DNA of 64,000 nt from an uncultured Gemmatimonadales bacterium (GCA_963798085.1 CAWCRS010000007.1:1184001-1248000); one strand, 5' to 3'; shown: positions 22,607 through 34,017, counted from the first letter of the stretch. Notes: generated by a model from the letters alone, not told the origin. Translations and numbers: made by a program.

Positions 22607-23425
22607 TTGGCGGATCCGCTGCTTCACCACGACATCGTGACGACGCCGGGAACGACGCCGCGCACGTGGCTGTACGCGCTGCACGGCATTTTCGGCGCGG
22701 GCCGCAACTGGGCCACCGTAATGCGCCGGCTGGTTTCCGAGCGACCGGACTGGGGCGTTCTGCTGATCGACCTGCGGCAGCATGGAGCCTCCCAGGGATT
22801 CGCACCGCCGCACACGATTGCCGCCGCCGCACACGATCTGGGACAACTCGAACAGGCGAGCGGGATGCCGGCCAGCGCGCTGCTGGGTCATTCGTTTGGC
22901 GGCAAGGTGGCGCTGCGCCGGACGCAGGACGCGCCGCCTGCGCTGCGCCAGGTCTGGATCGTGGACTCGACGCCGCAGGCGGCCGAGCCGCAGGGAAGCG
23001 CCTGGCAGATGCTGCAGGTGGTGCGCTCATTGCCGGCCCGCTTCGACACACGCGATGCGCTGATCGCGGCGCTCACCGCGGAGGGTGTGGCCGGCGCAAC
23101 GGCGCAGTGGATGGCGACGAACCTCGAGCGACGCGACGATGGCTTCTACTGGCGCTTCGACGTGGACGCGCTCGAGGCGCTGATGCGCGATTTCTTCCGC
23201 AGTGATCTGTGGAACGTGGTGAAAGCGCCACCGCCAGGTGTGGAACTCGAATTCGTGAAGGCGGAATCGTCGAGTGTGCTTTCCGGCGCTGTTCTGGCGC
23301 GTCTGATGAAAGTGACATCGAATGGACAGGTTCACGTCCATAGATTGTCGGGTGGCCACTGGGTGAACGCCGACAACCCGGACGGTCTCGTCGAGCTGCT
23401 GTCCAGCGGGCTTCCGCGATCGTGA
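22607..23425 (+). CDS. Alpha/beta hydrolase (YbfF/ABHD11-like)
   Basis: LHGIFG, DLRQHG, GHSFGGK, GHWVNADNP; TTG start after GAGGAG. Confidence 0.88.
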   Translation: MADPLLHHDIVTTPGTTPRTWLYALHGIFGAGRNWATVMRRLVSERPDWGVLLIDLRQHGASQGFAPPHTIAAAAHDLGQLEQASGMPASALLGHSFGGKVALRRTQDAPPALRQVWIVDSTPQAAEPQGSAWQMLQVVRSLPARFDTRDALIAALTAEGVAGATAQWMATNLERRDDGFYWRFDVDALEALMRDFFRSDLWNVVKAPPPGVELEFVKAESSSVLSGAVLARLMKVTSNGQVHVHRLSGGHWVNADNPDGLVELLSSGLPRS

Positions 23426-23501
23426 CCCAGTCGGTGCAGGCCTGATGCGCGGGCGGCTGCGTGTGTGAAAGAAACGGGTGCGAGCTTGCAAACGGAGGCG
23501 G

Positions 23502-24923
23502 ATGGCATTCGAGATCCCCGATGAACTGATGGTCAGCGTGTCCGGCGTGCGCGGACGCGTTGGCGACGGCCTCACACCGGAAGTCGTCACGCATTTCGCT
23601 GCCGCATTCGGCGCATGGCTGCGACTCACCAGCGCACGCCCGTCCGTCGTTGTGGCGCGCGACTCGCGCGTTTCAGGACCGATGTTCGAGCGCGCCGTGA
23701 TCTCCGGCCTGCAGAGCACCGGCTGCGACGTGATCGCAGCCGGACTGGTTCCCACGCCCACCGCGCTCTTCACGGTGCGTCACCATGAAGCCAATGGCGG
23801 CATCGTGGTCACGGCCAGCCACAATCCGGTCGAGTGGAATGCGCTGAAGTTCGCATCCAGCGAGGGCATGTTCCTCGACGCGGTGCAGGCAGGGGCCATG
23901 CGCGAGCATCTGGACGAGCGGAAGATCCCGCGCGCCGGCTGGGACACCCTGGGCGGTCTGACGCAGGATACCGATGCGGCCGACCGCCACCGTCATGCCG
24001 TCCTGGCATTGCCGCTTCTGGATCGGGCAGGCCTGCGGAAGCGTCGCTTCCGCGTGGTGCTCGACTGTGTGCGTGGCGCGGGCGGCGTGATCCTGCCTCA
24101 GCTGCTTCGCGACCTGGGCTGCGAGGTCATCGGCATGGACCTCGAGACGGATGGTCGCTTCTCGCGCACGCCAGAGCCGGTCGCTGAGAATCTGCACGGT
24201 CTGGAAGCCATGGTCCGGGAAACCGGCGCGGACATCGGCATGGCGACGGACCCTGACGCCGACCGCCTCTCGCTGGTCAGCGACCAGGGTCGGGCGATTG
24301 GCGAGGACCTGACCCTGGCGCTCGCCGCGGAGCTGGTGCTGCGACATTCGCCCGGCACCGTCGTCACCAACCTCTCCACCAGCCGGGTGCTCGAGGATGT
24401 TGCGGTTGCGTCGGGCTCAACCCTGGAACGCGCGCCCGTCGGCGAGATCAATGTTGCACGGGCGATGCAGCAGATGCGGGCCGTTATCGGCGGCGAAGGC
24501 AATGGCGGGGTAATATTTCCGGCCATTCACTTCACACGGGACTCAGCGGTGGCTGTGGCTCTGGTGCTACAGGCATTGCTCGAACTTGGGTGCCCGCTGA
24601 GCGAGCGCGTCGCGCGCTTTCAGCCCTATACGATCGTGAAGGACAAGCTGCCGCGGGACAGCGGATCCATCGAGGCCGCGTTCGGGACGCTGGAGAAGCG
24701 CCTGGTGGCGCCGCGAACGGACCGCCGCGACGGGCTCCGGCTGGATTGGCCCGAAGCCCGCAAGTGGCTGCATCTGCGAGCGTCCGGAACGGAGCCGATC
24801 TTCCGCATCATTGCCGAGGCTCCCACTGCGGAAGAGGCGAAAGATCTGGTTGGCGCAGCCCGTGCGGCGCTGGCGGCTGCGGCTCCGGCGGCGGCCGGAA
24901 ACTTGCAGAAGACCGCCGGATAA
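23502..24923 (+). CDS. glmM: Phosphoglucosamine mutase (phosphohexomutase family)
   Basis: VSGVRG, TASHNP, DPDADR, GGEGNGG, RASGTEP; upstream of glmS. Confidence 0.85.
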   Translation: MAFEIPDELMVSVSGVRGRVGDGLTPEVVTHFAAAFGAWLRLTSARPSVVVARDSRVSGPMFERAVISGLQSTGCDVIAAGLVPTPTALFTVRHHEANGGIVVTASHNPVEWNALKFASSEGMFLDAVQAGAMREHLDERKIPRAGWDTLGGLTQDTDAADRHRHAVLALPLLDRAGLRKRRFRVVLDCVRGAGGVILPQLLRDLGCEVIGMDLETDGRFSRTPEPVAENLHGLEAMVRETGADIGMATDPDADRLSLVSDQGRAIGEDLTLALAAELVLRHSPGTVVTNLSTSRVLEDVAVASGSTLERAPVGEINVARAMQQMRAVIGGEGNGGVIFPAIHFTRDSAVAVALVLQALLELGCPLSERVARFQPYTIVKDKLPRDSGSIEAAFGTLEKRLVAPRTDRRDGLRLDWPEARKWLHLRASGTEPIFRIIAEAPTAEEAKDLVGAARAALAAAAPAAAGNLQKTAG

Positions 24924-24948
24924 CCACATCGGGGTTGGGAATACAAGC

Positions 24949-26784
24949 ATGTGTGGAATCGTCGGATACGTTGGGACTCGGGCTGCGGTCCCGCTGCTGC
25001 TGGACGGACTGCGTCGACTCGAGTATCGCGGCTATGACTCTGCGGGCGTGACCATCCAGTCGAACGGCCATCTGGTTACGCGCAAGACGGCAGGAAAGAT
25101 CGCTGATCTGGAGCGGCTGGTGGGCAACGGGTCGGCGCCGCCGGGAACGGTGGGCATCGGCCATACGCGCTGGGCCACGCACGGCGCTCCCACCGAGCTC
25201 AACGCACACCCCCACTCGGACTGCAGCGGCGACTTCGCGGTCGTGCACAACGGCATTCTCGAGAATGCCACGGTGCTGCGGCAGCAGCTGGCGGCGCGCG
25301 GTCACGTTTTCCTGAGCGAGACCGACACGGAAGTTCTGGCGCACCTCATCGAGGCCGCGTACAAGGGAGTGCTGGAAGACGCCGTGCAGGCCGCACTCAG
25401 CCAGGTCGAGGGCGCGTATGGCCTCGCCATCATGTGCAGTCGCGAGCCCGGCAAGATCGTCGTCGCCCGGCACGGCAGCCCTCTGCTGCTGGGCATTGGC
25501 GAGAACAACGAATACTACGTGGCCAGCGATGCGGCCGCGGTGCTGCAGCACACGCGCCAGGTCGTGTATCTGGACAATGGCGAGATGGCCGTGCTCTCTC
25601 CGTCCGGGTACCGCACGATGTCGGTGCGCGGCGCGGAAGTGACCAAGGACATCGAAGAGATCTCCTGGGACCTCGCCTCGATCGAGCGCGGTGGTTTCCA
25701 GCACTTCATGCTGAAGGAGATCGTCGAGCAGCCGGAAGCGCTGCGCAACACGGTCCGCGGGCGTCTGCTCGATCACGAGGGCACGAGCAAACTGGGTGGT
25801 ATCACGCTCTCCGATGAAGAGCTGCGGGCGATCCGCTCGGTTACCATCAGCGCCTGCGGCACGTCCTGGCATGCCGGCCTCATCGGCGCATACATGCTGG
25901 AGGAGCTGGCGCGCATTCCGGCGGAAACCGAGTATGCCTCGGAATTCCGCTACCGCTCGCCGGTTGTCGATGCGGGCACGCTGATGATAGCGATCAGCCA
26001 GTCCGGCGAGACGGCGGACACACTGGCGGCGATGCGCGAAGCCCGGGCACTGGGTGCCCGCGTGATGGGCGTGGTCAACGTGGTGGGTTCGACGATTGCC
26101 CGCGACTCGGATTTCGGGATCTATCTGCACGCCGGCCCGGAGATCGGCGTGGCCTCGACCAAGGCGTTCACCAGTCAGGTCGTCGCCCTCACGCTGTTCA
26201 CGTTGCTGCTGGGCCGCGTGCGGGGCACCATCTCACTGGAACGCGGGCGCGAGATCGTCAACGCGCTGCGTGCGCTGCCGGACCAGGTCGAGCGGGTGCT
26301 ATTGCTCAACGACGAGATCCGCGAGCTGGCCGCGCGCTACGTGCACTCGACGAACTTCCTGTACCTCGGTCGCGGCTACAACTTCCCGACAGCGCTGGAA
26401 GGTGCGCTCAAGCTGAAGGAAATCAGCTACATCCACGCGGAGGGTCTGCCCGCTGCGGAGATGAAGCACGGCCCCATCGCGCTGATCGACGAGAACATGC
26501 CCGTCGTCGTCATGGCGCCGCACGACTCGGTCTACCAGAAGGTGCTCTCGAACATGCAGGAGGTCAAAGCCCGGCACGGTCGGATCATCGCGGTCGTGTC
26601 GGAAGGCAATGGCGATCTTTCGGAGCTGGCGGATCATCAGATCGCAGTACCGCGCACCATCGACATCCTGACGCCCGTGCTGACGACGATCCCGCTGCAG
26701 CTGCTCGCGTATCACATCGCGGTGATGCGGGGCTGTGATGTGGACATGCCGCGCAATCTGGCGAAGTCGGTAACGGTCGAGTAA
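24949..26784 (+). CDS. glmS: Glutamine--fructose-6-phosphate transaminase
   Basis: MCGIVG, LEYRGYDSAG, GHTRWATHG, SQSGETADT, PRNLAKSVTVE. Confidence 0.98.
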   Translation: MCGIVGYVGTRAAVPLLLDGLRRLEYRGYDSAGVTIQSNGHLVTRKTAGKIADLERLVGNGSAPPGTVGIGHTRWATHGAPTELNAHPHSDCSGDFAVVHNGILENATVLRQQLAARGHVFLSETDTEVLAHLIEAAYKGVLEDAVQAALSQVEGAYGLAIMCSREPGKIVVARHGSPLLLGIGENNEYYVASDAAAVLQHTRQVVYLDNGEMAVLSPSGYRTMSVRGAEVTKDIEEISWDLASIERGGFQHFMLKEIVEQPEALRNTVRGRLLDHEGTSKLGGITLSDEELRAIRSVTISACGTSWHAGLIGAYMLEELARIPAETEYASEFRYRSPVVDAGTLMIAISQSGETADTLAAMREARALGARVMGVVNVVGSTIARDSDFGIYLHAGPEIGVASTKAFTSQVVALTLFTLLLGRVRGTISLERGREIVNALRALPDQVERVLLLNDEIRELAARYVHSTNFLYLGRGYNFPTALEGALKLKEISYIHAEGLPAAEMKHGPIALIDENMPVVVMAPHDSVYQKVLSNMQEVKARHGRIIAVVSEGNGDLSELADHQIAVPRTIDILTPVLTTIPLQLLAYHIAVMRGCDVDMPRNLAKSVTVE

Positions 26785-26794
26785 TCTCAGGCCC

Positions 26795-27235
26795 GTGCGG
26801 GTGGTCCTGCAGCGGGTCTCCAGAGCCGAAGTTCGAATCGAGGGGCGGGTAGCCGGACGCATCGCGCGTGGCTACCTGCTCCTCGTTGGTTTTGGTGGCC
26901 AGGATGACGACGCGGCGCTCCGCTGGATGGCGGAGAAGATTCTCTCGCTGCGGCTCTTTCCCGACACCGAGGGACGGATGAACCGCGGGCTCGACGAAGT
27001 GGGCGGCGGCGTGCTCGTGGTGAGCCAGTTCACGTTGTACGGCGATACCCGCAAGGGCCGCCGTCCCAGCTTCATCGATGCGGCGCCCCCCGAGATCGCG
27101 ATTCCACTGTACAACCGCTTCGTCGAGCTGCTGCGCGCGGCGGCGCCGGGGCCGGTCGAGACCGGCGAGTTCGGCGCGATGATGGACGTCGAGCTGGTGA
27201 ACGACGGGCCGGTCACACTCTGGCTCGAGCGATGA
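26795..27235 (+). CDS. dtd: D-aminoacyl-tRNA deacylase
   Basis: VLQRVS, VSQFTL, KGRRPSF, NDGPVT. Confidence 0.97.
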   Translation: MRVVLQRVSRAEVRIEGRVAGRIARGYLLLVGFGGQDDDAALRWMAEKILSLRLFPDTEGRMNRGLDEVGGGVLVVSQFTLYGDTRKGRRPSFIDAAPPEIAIPLYNRFVELLRAAAPGPVETGEFGAMMDVELVNDGPVTLWLER

Positions 27236-27837
27236 GCGGGCCGGTCACACCTCCCATCATCCTCGCATCGGAATCGCCTCGACGGGCTCAGCTGCTGGCC
27301 ATGCTCGGCCTGCGCTTCGAAGTGTGCCCGGCACGCATCGACGAGACGTATCGCCCGAACGAAGAACCGGGCGCACACGCGGAGCGCCTGGCCTGCGAAA
27401 AGACACTGGCCATCGCCGCGGGGCGGAGCGACGCCATCGTCATTGGCAGCGACACGGTCGTGGTACTGGGCGACCGCGTGCTGGGGAAACCGCTGGACGC
27501 GTCCGATGCCGTGCGCATGCTCTTGCGCCTGCAGGGGAGGGAGCACACCGTAGCGACGGCAGTCGCCGTCGCGTGGGCGGGTGAGTTGCGCTGCGCGGTG
27601 GAACGCGTGCGTGTGTGGTTCCGTCCTTTCGATCGCGCGCAGGCCGAAGCGTACACCGCGACGCTCGAGCCCATGGACAAGGCGGGCGCCTACGGCATCC
27701 AGGGATTCGGCGCCGCACTGGTCGAACGCATCGATGGCGACTTCTTCGCGGTGATGGGGCTCCCGATCTCCCGAATGCTTCGTCTGCTCGAAGCGCTCGG
27801 CTTTCGCTACGATTTCCAGGGACTGAGTCACGCGTGA
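27232..27837 (+). CDS. maf: Maf family nucleotide pyrophosphatase
   Basis: ILASESPRR, GSDTVV, GKP, DKAGAYGIQG, VMGLP. Confidence 0.95.
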   Translation: MSGPVTPPIILASESPRRAQLLAMLGLRFEVCPARIDETYRPNEEPGAHAERLACEKTLAIAAGRSDAIVIGSDTVVVLGDRVLGKPLDASDAVRMLLRLQGREHTVATAVAVAWAGELRCAVERVRVWFRPFDRAQAEAYTATLEPMDKAGAYGIQGFGAALVERIDGDFFAVMGLPISRMLRLLEALGFRYDFQGLSHA

Positions 27838-28925
27838 CAGCCGAGCCATCACCTCCGCAAGCCGTGCGCTGGGCAGAAGACGGGACCGCCGTCGACATCC
27901 TCGATCAGACATTGCTGCCGGAGCGCGAGCAACGACTGATCCTGCGCTCTGCGGGCGAAGTCGCCGAAGCAATTGGGCGCCTGCGCGTGCGCGGAGCGCC
28001 CGCCATCGGTATTGCGGCGGCCATGGGTCTGGCAGCGGAAATGTCGAGTCATGCGGACGCGCCGATCGCGGAGTTTCGTGCGCGACTGGCGCGCACCGCG
28101 GAACAGCTCATGAACACCAGGCCGACGGCCGTGAACCTGGCGTGGGCCGTACGCCGGACGCAGCGCGCCGCGGAATCGGCGGAGACGACGGCGGAAGCCG
28201 TGGCGCGATTGCGGGAAGAAGCCGGTCGCATACTCGAGGAAGACCGCGCCATGTGCCGGCGCATTGGCGAGCACGGCCTGGTGCTGCTGCCCGAGCGGGC
28301 ACGCGTACTCACGCAATGTAATGCGGGGGCACTGGCCACGGGCGGCATTGGTACCGCGCTGGCGCCCGTGTATCTGGCGTGGCAGAAGGGCGTCGCCGTG
28401 CGCGTCTACGCACCCGAAACGCGGCCACTGCTGCAGGGCAGTCGCATCACTGCATGGGAGCTGGAGCGGGCGGGCATTCCGGTCACGGTCCTGCCCGACT
28501 CCGCGACGGGCGCACTGATGCGTCAGGGACTGGTCGATCTCGTGATCGTGGGCGCCGATCGCATCGCGGCTAACGGCGATGTAGCGAACAAGGTGGGCAC
28601 GTACACGCTCGCGGTGCTGGCTGCGGCGCATGGCATTCCGTTCTTCGTGGCCGCGCCCAGCAGCACCATCGACGTGGACACGGCCACGGGCGCGGCGATC
28701 CCCATCGAGACGCGCGATCCGGATGAGGTGCGACGCGGCTTCGGCCGCCTCACTGCGCCGGTCGGAACACCAGTGTTCGCACCCGCCTTCGATGTGACGC
28801 CCGCGCAGCTGATCAAGGGAATCATCACGGAGCAAGGTATTCTGCGGGCACCGTACGAGGCCGCCATCGCGCACGTGGCGGGTACTGCGCAGGCAGCCGC
28901 GCGCAACGGCGAGGGCGCGTGCTGA
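27834..28925 (+). CDS. mtnA: S-methyl-5-thioribose-1-phosphate isomerase
   Basis: LDQTLLP, VRGAPAIG, RPTAVNL, CNAGALAT, ETRPLLQGSR, GADRIAANGDVANKVG, AFDVTP. Confidence 0.95.
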   Translation: MTAEPSPPQAVRWAEDGTAVDILDQTLLPEREQRLILRSAGEVAEAIGRLRVRGAPAIGIAAAMGLAAEMSSHADAPIAEFRARLARTAEQLMNTRPTAVNLAWAVRRTQRAAESAETTAEAVARLREEAGRILEEDRAMCRRIGEHGLVLLPERARVLTQCNAGALATGGIGTALAPVYLAWQKGVAVRVYAPETRPLLQGSRITAWELERAGIPVTVLPDSATGALMRQGLVDLVIVGADRIAANGDVANKVGTYTLAVLAAAHGIPFFVAAPSSTIDVDTATGAAIPIETRDPDEVRRGFGRLTAPVGTPVFAPAFDVTPAQLIKGIITEQGILRAPYEAAIAHVAGTAQAAARNGEGAC

Positions 28926-28962
28926 CAGGCGTGTCAGCAGGGCGCGCGGGAGCGGGCGGGGC

Positions 28963-30471
28963 ATGACGCAGACGCGAGCGGTGCTGGCCGTCGATCAGGG
29001 CACGACCGGTACGACCTGTCTGGTGCTGGACCCTTCCTGCCGCGTGCTGGGTCGCGCCTACGCGGAATTTGCGCAGCTCTATCCGCAGCCCGGCTGGGTG
29101 GAGCACGACGCGGAAGAGATATGGCACAGCACGGTGCGCGTGGCACAGCAGGCTGTTGCCGCAGCGCGCGCAACCACCAGCGTGGAGCTGGTGGCGCTGG
29201 GCATCACCAACCAGCGCGAGACGGTGGTGGTGTGGGACCGAGCGAGCGGCAGGCCCGTCCACAATGCCATCGTCTGGCAGGATCGGCGCACGGCGGGACG
29301 CTGCCGCGAGCTGCGCCAGGCGGGCCACGAGGAGTTCGTGCGCCAGCACACGGGACTCGTGCTGGACCCGTACTTTTCCGCCACCAAGCTGGAGTGGCTG
29401 CTGAACAACGTGCCGGGACTGCGTGACCGCGCGGCAAGCGGCAGCCTGGCGGCTGGTACCATCGACAGCTGGCTGATCTGGAAGTTCACCAGCGGACAGG
29501 TGCACGCGACGGATGCGACGAATGCGTCGCGCACACTGCTCTACGACATTGCGCGCCGGCAATGGAGCGACGAGCTGCTCGCGCTCTTCAGTGTGCCGCG
29601 CGAGCTGCTGCCGGAGGTGCGTGCGTCCAGCGACTCCTACGGTCACACGGCCGCAGCATTATTCGGCACCGAGGTGCCCGTCGCCGGCGTGGCGGGCGAC
29701 CAGCAGGCAGCGCTCTTCGGGCAGGGCTGTGTGCGAGCCGGACAGGCGAAGAACACGTACGGCACAGGCTCGTTCCTGTTGCTGCACACGGGTACGGAGA
29801 GCGTACATTCCCGCAGCGGCCTGCTCACTACCGTGGCCTGCGGGCCGCGCGGTGAGGCAACGTACGCGCTCGAGGGCTCGGTCTTCATTGCAGGCGCAGC
29901 CGTCCAGTGGCTGCGCGATGGTCTTGGCATCATCACCAGTGCGGCAGAAACGGAAGCGCTGGCGCGCAGCCTGGCGAGTAACGACGGGGTTTATTTCGTG
30001 CCCGCCTTCGTGGGCCTGGGCGCGCCGCACTGGAATGCCGAGGCGAGGGGCACGATCGTGGGGCTGACGCGCGGCAGTGGTCGCGCGCACCTGGCGAGGG
30101 CGGCGCTGGAGGCGATGGCCTACGGCACGTACGACGTGGTGCAGGCCATGGCGAGGGATTCGGGCGTTACGGCGAGCAGGCTGGGCGTGGATGGCGGCGC
30201 GGCGCAGAACGACTGGCTGATGCAGTTCCAGGCCGATCTGCTGAACGTGCCGGTGTTGCGCCCGCAGCTGGTCGAGACAACCGCGCTGGGCGCGGCGGGC
30301 CTGGCCGGCATTGGCGTGGGTCTGTGGCGGGATGCGGAGGCATTCATGGCTTCGCGGGCCGAGCCGGACGTGTTCCGGCCGGGCATGGCGGAGCCCGCAC
30401 GCAAGGAACTGCTGGGCGGATGGCAGCGCGCGCTGCGCGCGGCACTCGCCTGGGCAGAGGGGAGTGGCTGA
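28963..30471 (+). CDS. glpK: Glycerol kinase
   Basis: DQGTT, GITNQRET, IVWQDRRT, YFSATK, GDQQAALFGQ, KNTYGTG. Confidence 0.96.
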   Translation: MTQTRAVLAVDQGTTGTTCLVLDPSCRVLGRAYAEFAQLYPQPGWVEHDAEEIWHSTVRVAQQAVAAARATTSVELVALGITNQRETVVVWDRASGRPVHNAIVWQDRRTAGRCRELRQAGHEEFVRQHTGLVLDPYFSATKLEWLLNNVPGLRDRAASGSLAAGTIDSWLIWKFTSGQVHATDATNASRTLLYDIARRQWSDELLALFSVPRELLPEVRASSDSYGHTAAALFGTEVPVAGVAGDQQAALFGQGCVRAGQAKNTYGTGSFLLLHTGTESVHSRSGLLTTVACGPRGEATYALEGSVFIAGAAVQWLRDGLGIITSAAETEALARSLASNDGVYFVPAFVGLGAPHWNAEARGTIVGLTRGSGRAHLARAALEAMAYGTYDVVQAMARDSGVTASRLGVDGGAAQNDWLMQFQADLLNVPVLRPQLVETTALGAAGLAGIGVGLWRDAEAFMASRAEPDVFRPGMAEPARKELLGGWQRALRAALAWAEGSG

Positions 30472-31010
30472 TGCGGCGGATCCGATCGACTAACATGCGG
30501 TCAGGGCGAGTCCAGTACGTGGCCAACCCGGCGGGGCGCGCGCTGCGCATTGCGGTGTGCGGTGCGGGCGCGGCTGATGCCGAGACACTCGCACTCGCGC
30601 TCGAGCTGGGCGGCGAACTGGCGCGGGCCGGCGCCGTGCTGGTGTGCGGGGGTCGCGCCGGTGTCATGGAGGCCGCGGCGCGCGGTGCGTGCGAAGCCGG
30701 AGGTCAGACGGTGGGCGTGCTGCCCGGCGCCGGCGCGCAGGAAGCCAATCCCTGGATCACACTGCCGCTGCCCACCGGCATGGGCGAGGCGAGGAACGCG
30801 CTGGTCGTGCGCTTCGCCGAAGCCGTGATCGCATTGGGCGGTGAATGGGGGACGCTGTCCGAGATCGCGCTGGCCGCGAAGATCGGCGTGCCCGTCATTC
30901 TGCTGCGGCCCACGCTGGCGTCGGCATTGCCGCTGGAGGTGGCCACCGACCCGGCGGACGCGGTGCGGCGCGCCATCCGGCACGCACGACAGGGCCGCGG
31001 CGAAACATGA
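30471..31010 (+). CDS. TIGR00725 / LOG-like Rossmann-fold nucleotide-binding protein
   Basis: CGGRAGVMEA, VGVLP, TGMGEARN, GGEWGTLSEI; start uncertain. Confidence 0.85.
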   Translation: MRRIRSTNMRSGRVQYVANPAGRALRIAVCGAGAADAETLALALELGGELARAGAVLVCGGRAGVMEAAARGACEAGGQTVGVLPGAGAQEANPWITLPLPTGMGEARNALVVRFAEAVIALGGEWGTLSEIALAAKIGVPVILLRPTLASALPLEVATDPADAVRRAIRHARQGRGET

Positions 31011-31396
31011 CGCCGTTGCTGCTTGCCCTGCTGGTCACGCCGGCCACGCGCGCGAACGCGGACAGAGCTGCGTCGCCTGAAACATGGCCGACTGAAGGCG
31101 CCGGCATACACGCAGTCACGGTGCAGTCCGAGCGACCCGATCGCTGGTTCGGCGAGGACAAGCTGAAGCACGTACTTCTGTCCTGCGGCGTCACAAACTT
31201 CGCGTTTGCGGGCGCGCGTGCCTTAGGGCTGGGCGGCCAGGATGCGGTGCGCGGCGCAGTCGTGGCCGCACTGGTCGCGGGTGTGGGCAAGGAAGTTTCC
31301 GATCGGCAGCGCGGCCGCGGCTTCAGCGTGAAGGACCTGGTGTGGGACATCGCCGGCATCGGCGCGGGCGTCGCGCTGGCGGAGCACGTCCGATGA
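31007..31396 (+). CDS. YfiM/DUF2279-like small membrane protein
   Basis: DRWFGEDKLKH, GVGKEVSD, FSVKDLVWDIAG. Confidence 0.8.
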   Translation: MTPLLLALLVTPATRANADRAASPETWPTEGAGIHAVTVQSERPDRWFGEDKLKHVLLSCGVTNFAFAGARALGLGGQDAVRGAVVAALVAGVGKEVSDRQRGRGFSVKDLVWDIAGIGAGVALAEHVR

Positions 31397-31469
31397 ATCG
31401 AAGCATCATGCGACCCATCGCGTGCGCCACTCTGGCGCAGCATGCATCCTTCCCTACATTGCCGCCCTC

Positions 31470-31775
31470 ATGGAAATCGCGGTCCTGATCCTGGGCGGTC
31501 TCGCCGTGGGCGGGCTCGTGCTGCTGCCCATGCTGCGCGCGCAGACTCCGGTCAACTACGACTGGGACGGCAGCGCAGCGGGCGCACGTCGGGAGGAACG
31601 ACGCGTGGAAGTAGAGAGCGAAGTGCAGCGTTATCGCGTGGCGCTGCGTGCCGGCACCATCTGCACGCGCTGCGGTCAGGCGAATCCGCCCGGCAGCCGC
31701 TTCTGCGGCGAATGCGGCCGCCCGCTGCGCAACGCACCGCGCGCGCAGGGCATAGCCGAGCCGGTAGCGCGATGA
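31470..31775 (+). CDS. Membrane-anchored zinc-ribbon protein
   Basis: N-terminal TM helix, CTRCG...FCGECG; ATGA overlap with next gene. Confidence 0.8.
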   Translation: MEIAVLILGGLAVGGLVLLPMLRAQTPVNYDWDGSAAGARREERRVEVESEVQRYRVALRAGTICTRCGQANPPGSRFCGECGRPLRNAPRAQGIAEPVAR

Positions 31776-32803
31776 AGCAGGTCATCGATCTGCGCAGCGA
31801 CACGGTCACGCGACCCACAGCCGCCATGCGTGAAGCCATCGCGCGCGCGGAAGTCGGCGACGACACACTGGGTGACGATCCCACGACGGCCGAGCTGGAA
31901 CGCCGCATTGCCAGCATTCTGGGCAAGGAAGCGGCCGTGTTCTTTCCCAGCGGCATCATGGCCAACGAAGCCGCGCTCTGGGTGCTCGCGCCGCGCGGCA
32001 GCGAGATCATCGTCGAAGCAAACTCGCACTTCATGGACTGGGAAGTGGGCGCGCCCGCGGCGTTCAGCGGCGTGCAGCTGCGGCCCGTCGCCGGAAACGG
32101 CGGACTGCTGGATGGCGACCGGGTCGAGGCGGCGATCCGCATGCCGCACCCGCTGCGCATCCGCACATCCGTGATCTGCCTGGAGAACACGCACAACGCC
32201 GCGGGTGGACGCATTCTGCCGCTGGAAGCAATGCGCGGGATCCGTGCGGTGGCCGATCGGCATGGGCTGCCCATTCACCTCGATGGCGCCCGCCTGTGGA
32301 ACGCGGCGGCGGCCACGGGCACGAGCGAAGCCGAATTCGCCGCACTCGCGGATACCGTCATGGTCACGCTGTCGAAGGGGCTGGGCTGTCCGGTCGGATC
32401 CGTGCTCACGGGGACCAGCCCGCTCATGGTGGAAGCGCGACGGGCGCGCCGCCGCTTCGGGGGCGGACTCCGGCAGGCAGGCCTGCTGGCGGCGGCTGGA
32501 CTCTACGCGCTCGAGCATCATCGCGGCCGGCTGGCGCAGGATCACGCGCGTGCCCGCCGGCTGGCGCAGCTGACGGGCGAGGTGCCCGGACTCGCGACCA
32601 TTCCGCCCGAAACGAACATCGTGATGATGGAGATCCAGCGGCCGGATCTGGATTCCCCTGCGCTGATCGCCCGTCTGGCCGAAGCGGGCCTGCTGGTCAG
32701 CGAGTTCACACGCAAACGCTTCCGCGCGGTCACTCACCTCGATGTGGACGACGACGCGATCGAACGCGCCGGCGCAATCCTCCGTTCCGTTCTGGGCAAC
32801 TGA
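31772..32803 (+). CDS. ltaE: Low-specificity L-threonine aldolase
   Basis: IDLRSDTVT, VGDD, ENTHN, HLDGARLWNA, LSKGLG. Confidence 0.92.
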   Translation: MKQVIDLRSDTVTRPTAAMREAIARAEVGDDTLGDDPTTAELERRIASILGKEAAVFFPSGIMANEAALWVLAPRGSEIIVEANSHFMDWEVGAPAAFSGVQLRPVAGNGGLLDGDRVEAAIRMPHPLRIRTSVICLENTHNAAGGRILPLEAMRGIRAVADRHGLPIHLDGARLWNAAAATGTSEAEFAALADTVMVTLSKGLGCPVGSVLTGTSPLMVEARRARRRFGGGLRQAGLLAAAGLYALEHHRGRLAQDHARARRLAQLTGEVPGLATIPPETNIVMMEIQRPDLDSPALIARLAEAGLLVSEFTRKRFRAVTHLDVDDDAIERAGAILRSVLGN

Positions 32804-32883
32804 AGCCTCGCCCGCCCGACCCGCCTGCCCATGGCGGTGCCCCGGTGTGCTGCGCAGTTTTCGACGCAGCGGGCAGAAGGGCG

Positions 32884-32912
32884 TTGCCCGAAGAATAACC
32901 GAAGGGTATATT
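32884..32912 (+). promoter_or_regulatory. recA sigma-70-type promoter containing direct repeat CCGAAG-N5-CCGAAG (32888-32904)
   Basis: TTGCCC(32884)-N17-TATATT(32907); CCGAAGaataaCCGAAG overlaps -35 and spacer. Confidence 0.7.
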
Positions 32913-32958
32913 TCCGCCGGAAATCCCGCGGGACGAACCCCTCTCCCCAGGTGAAGAC

Positions 32959-34017
<1,059 letters not shown>

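Noticed and set aside
23478..24949. glmS ribozyme upstream of glmS
   Set aside because: Only 25 nt separate glmM and glmS, leaving no room for it
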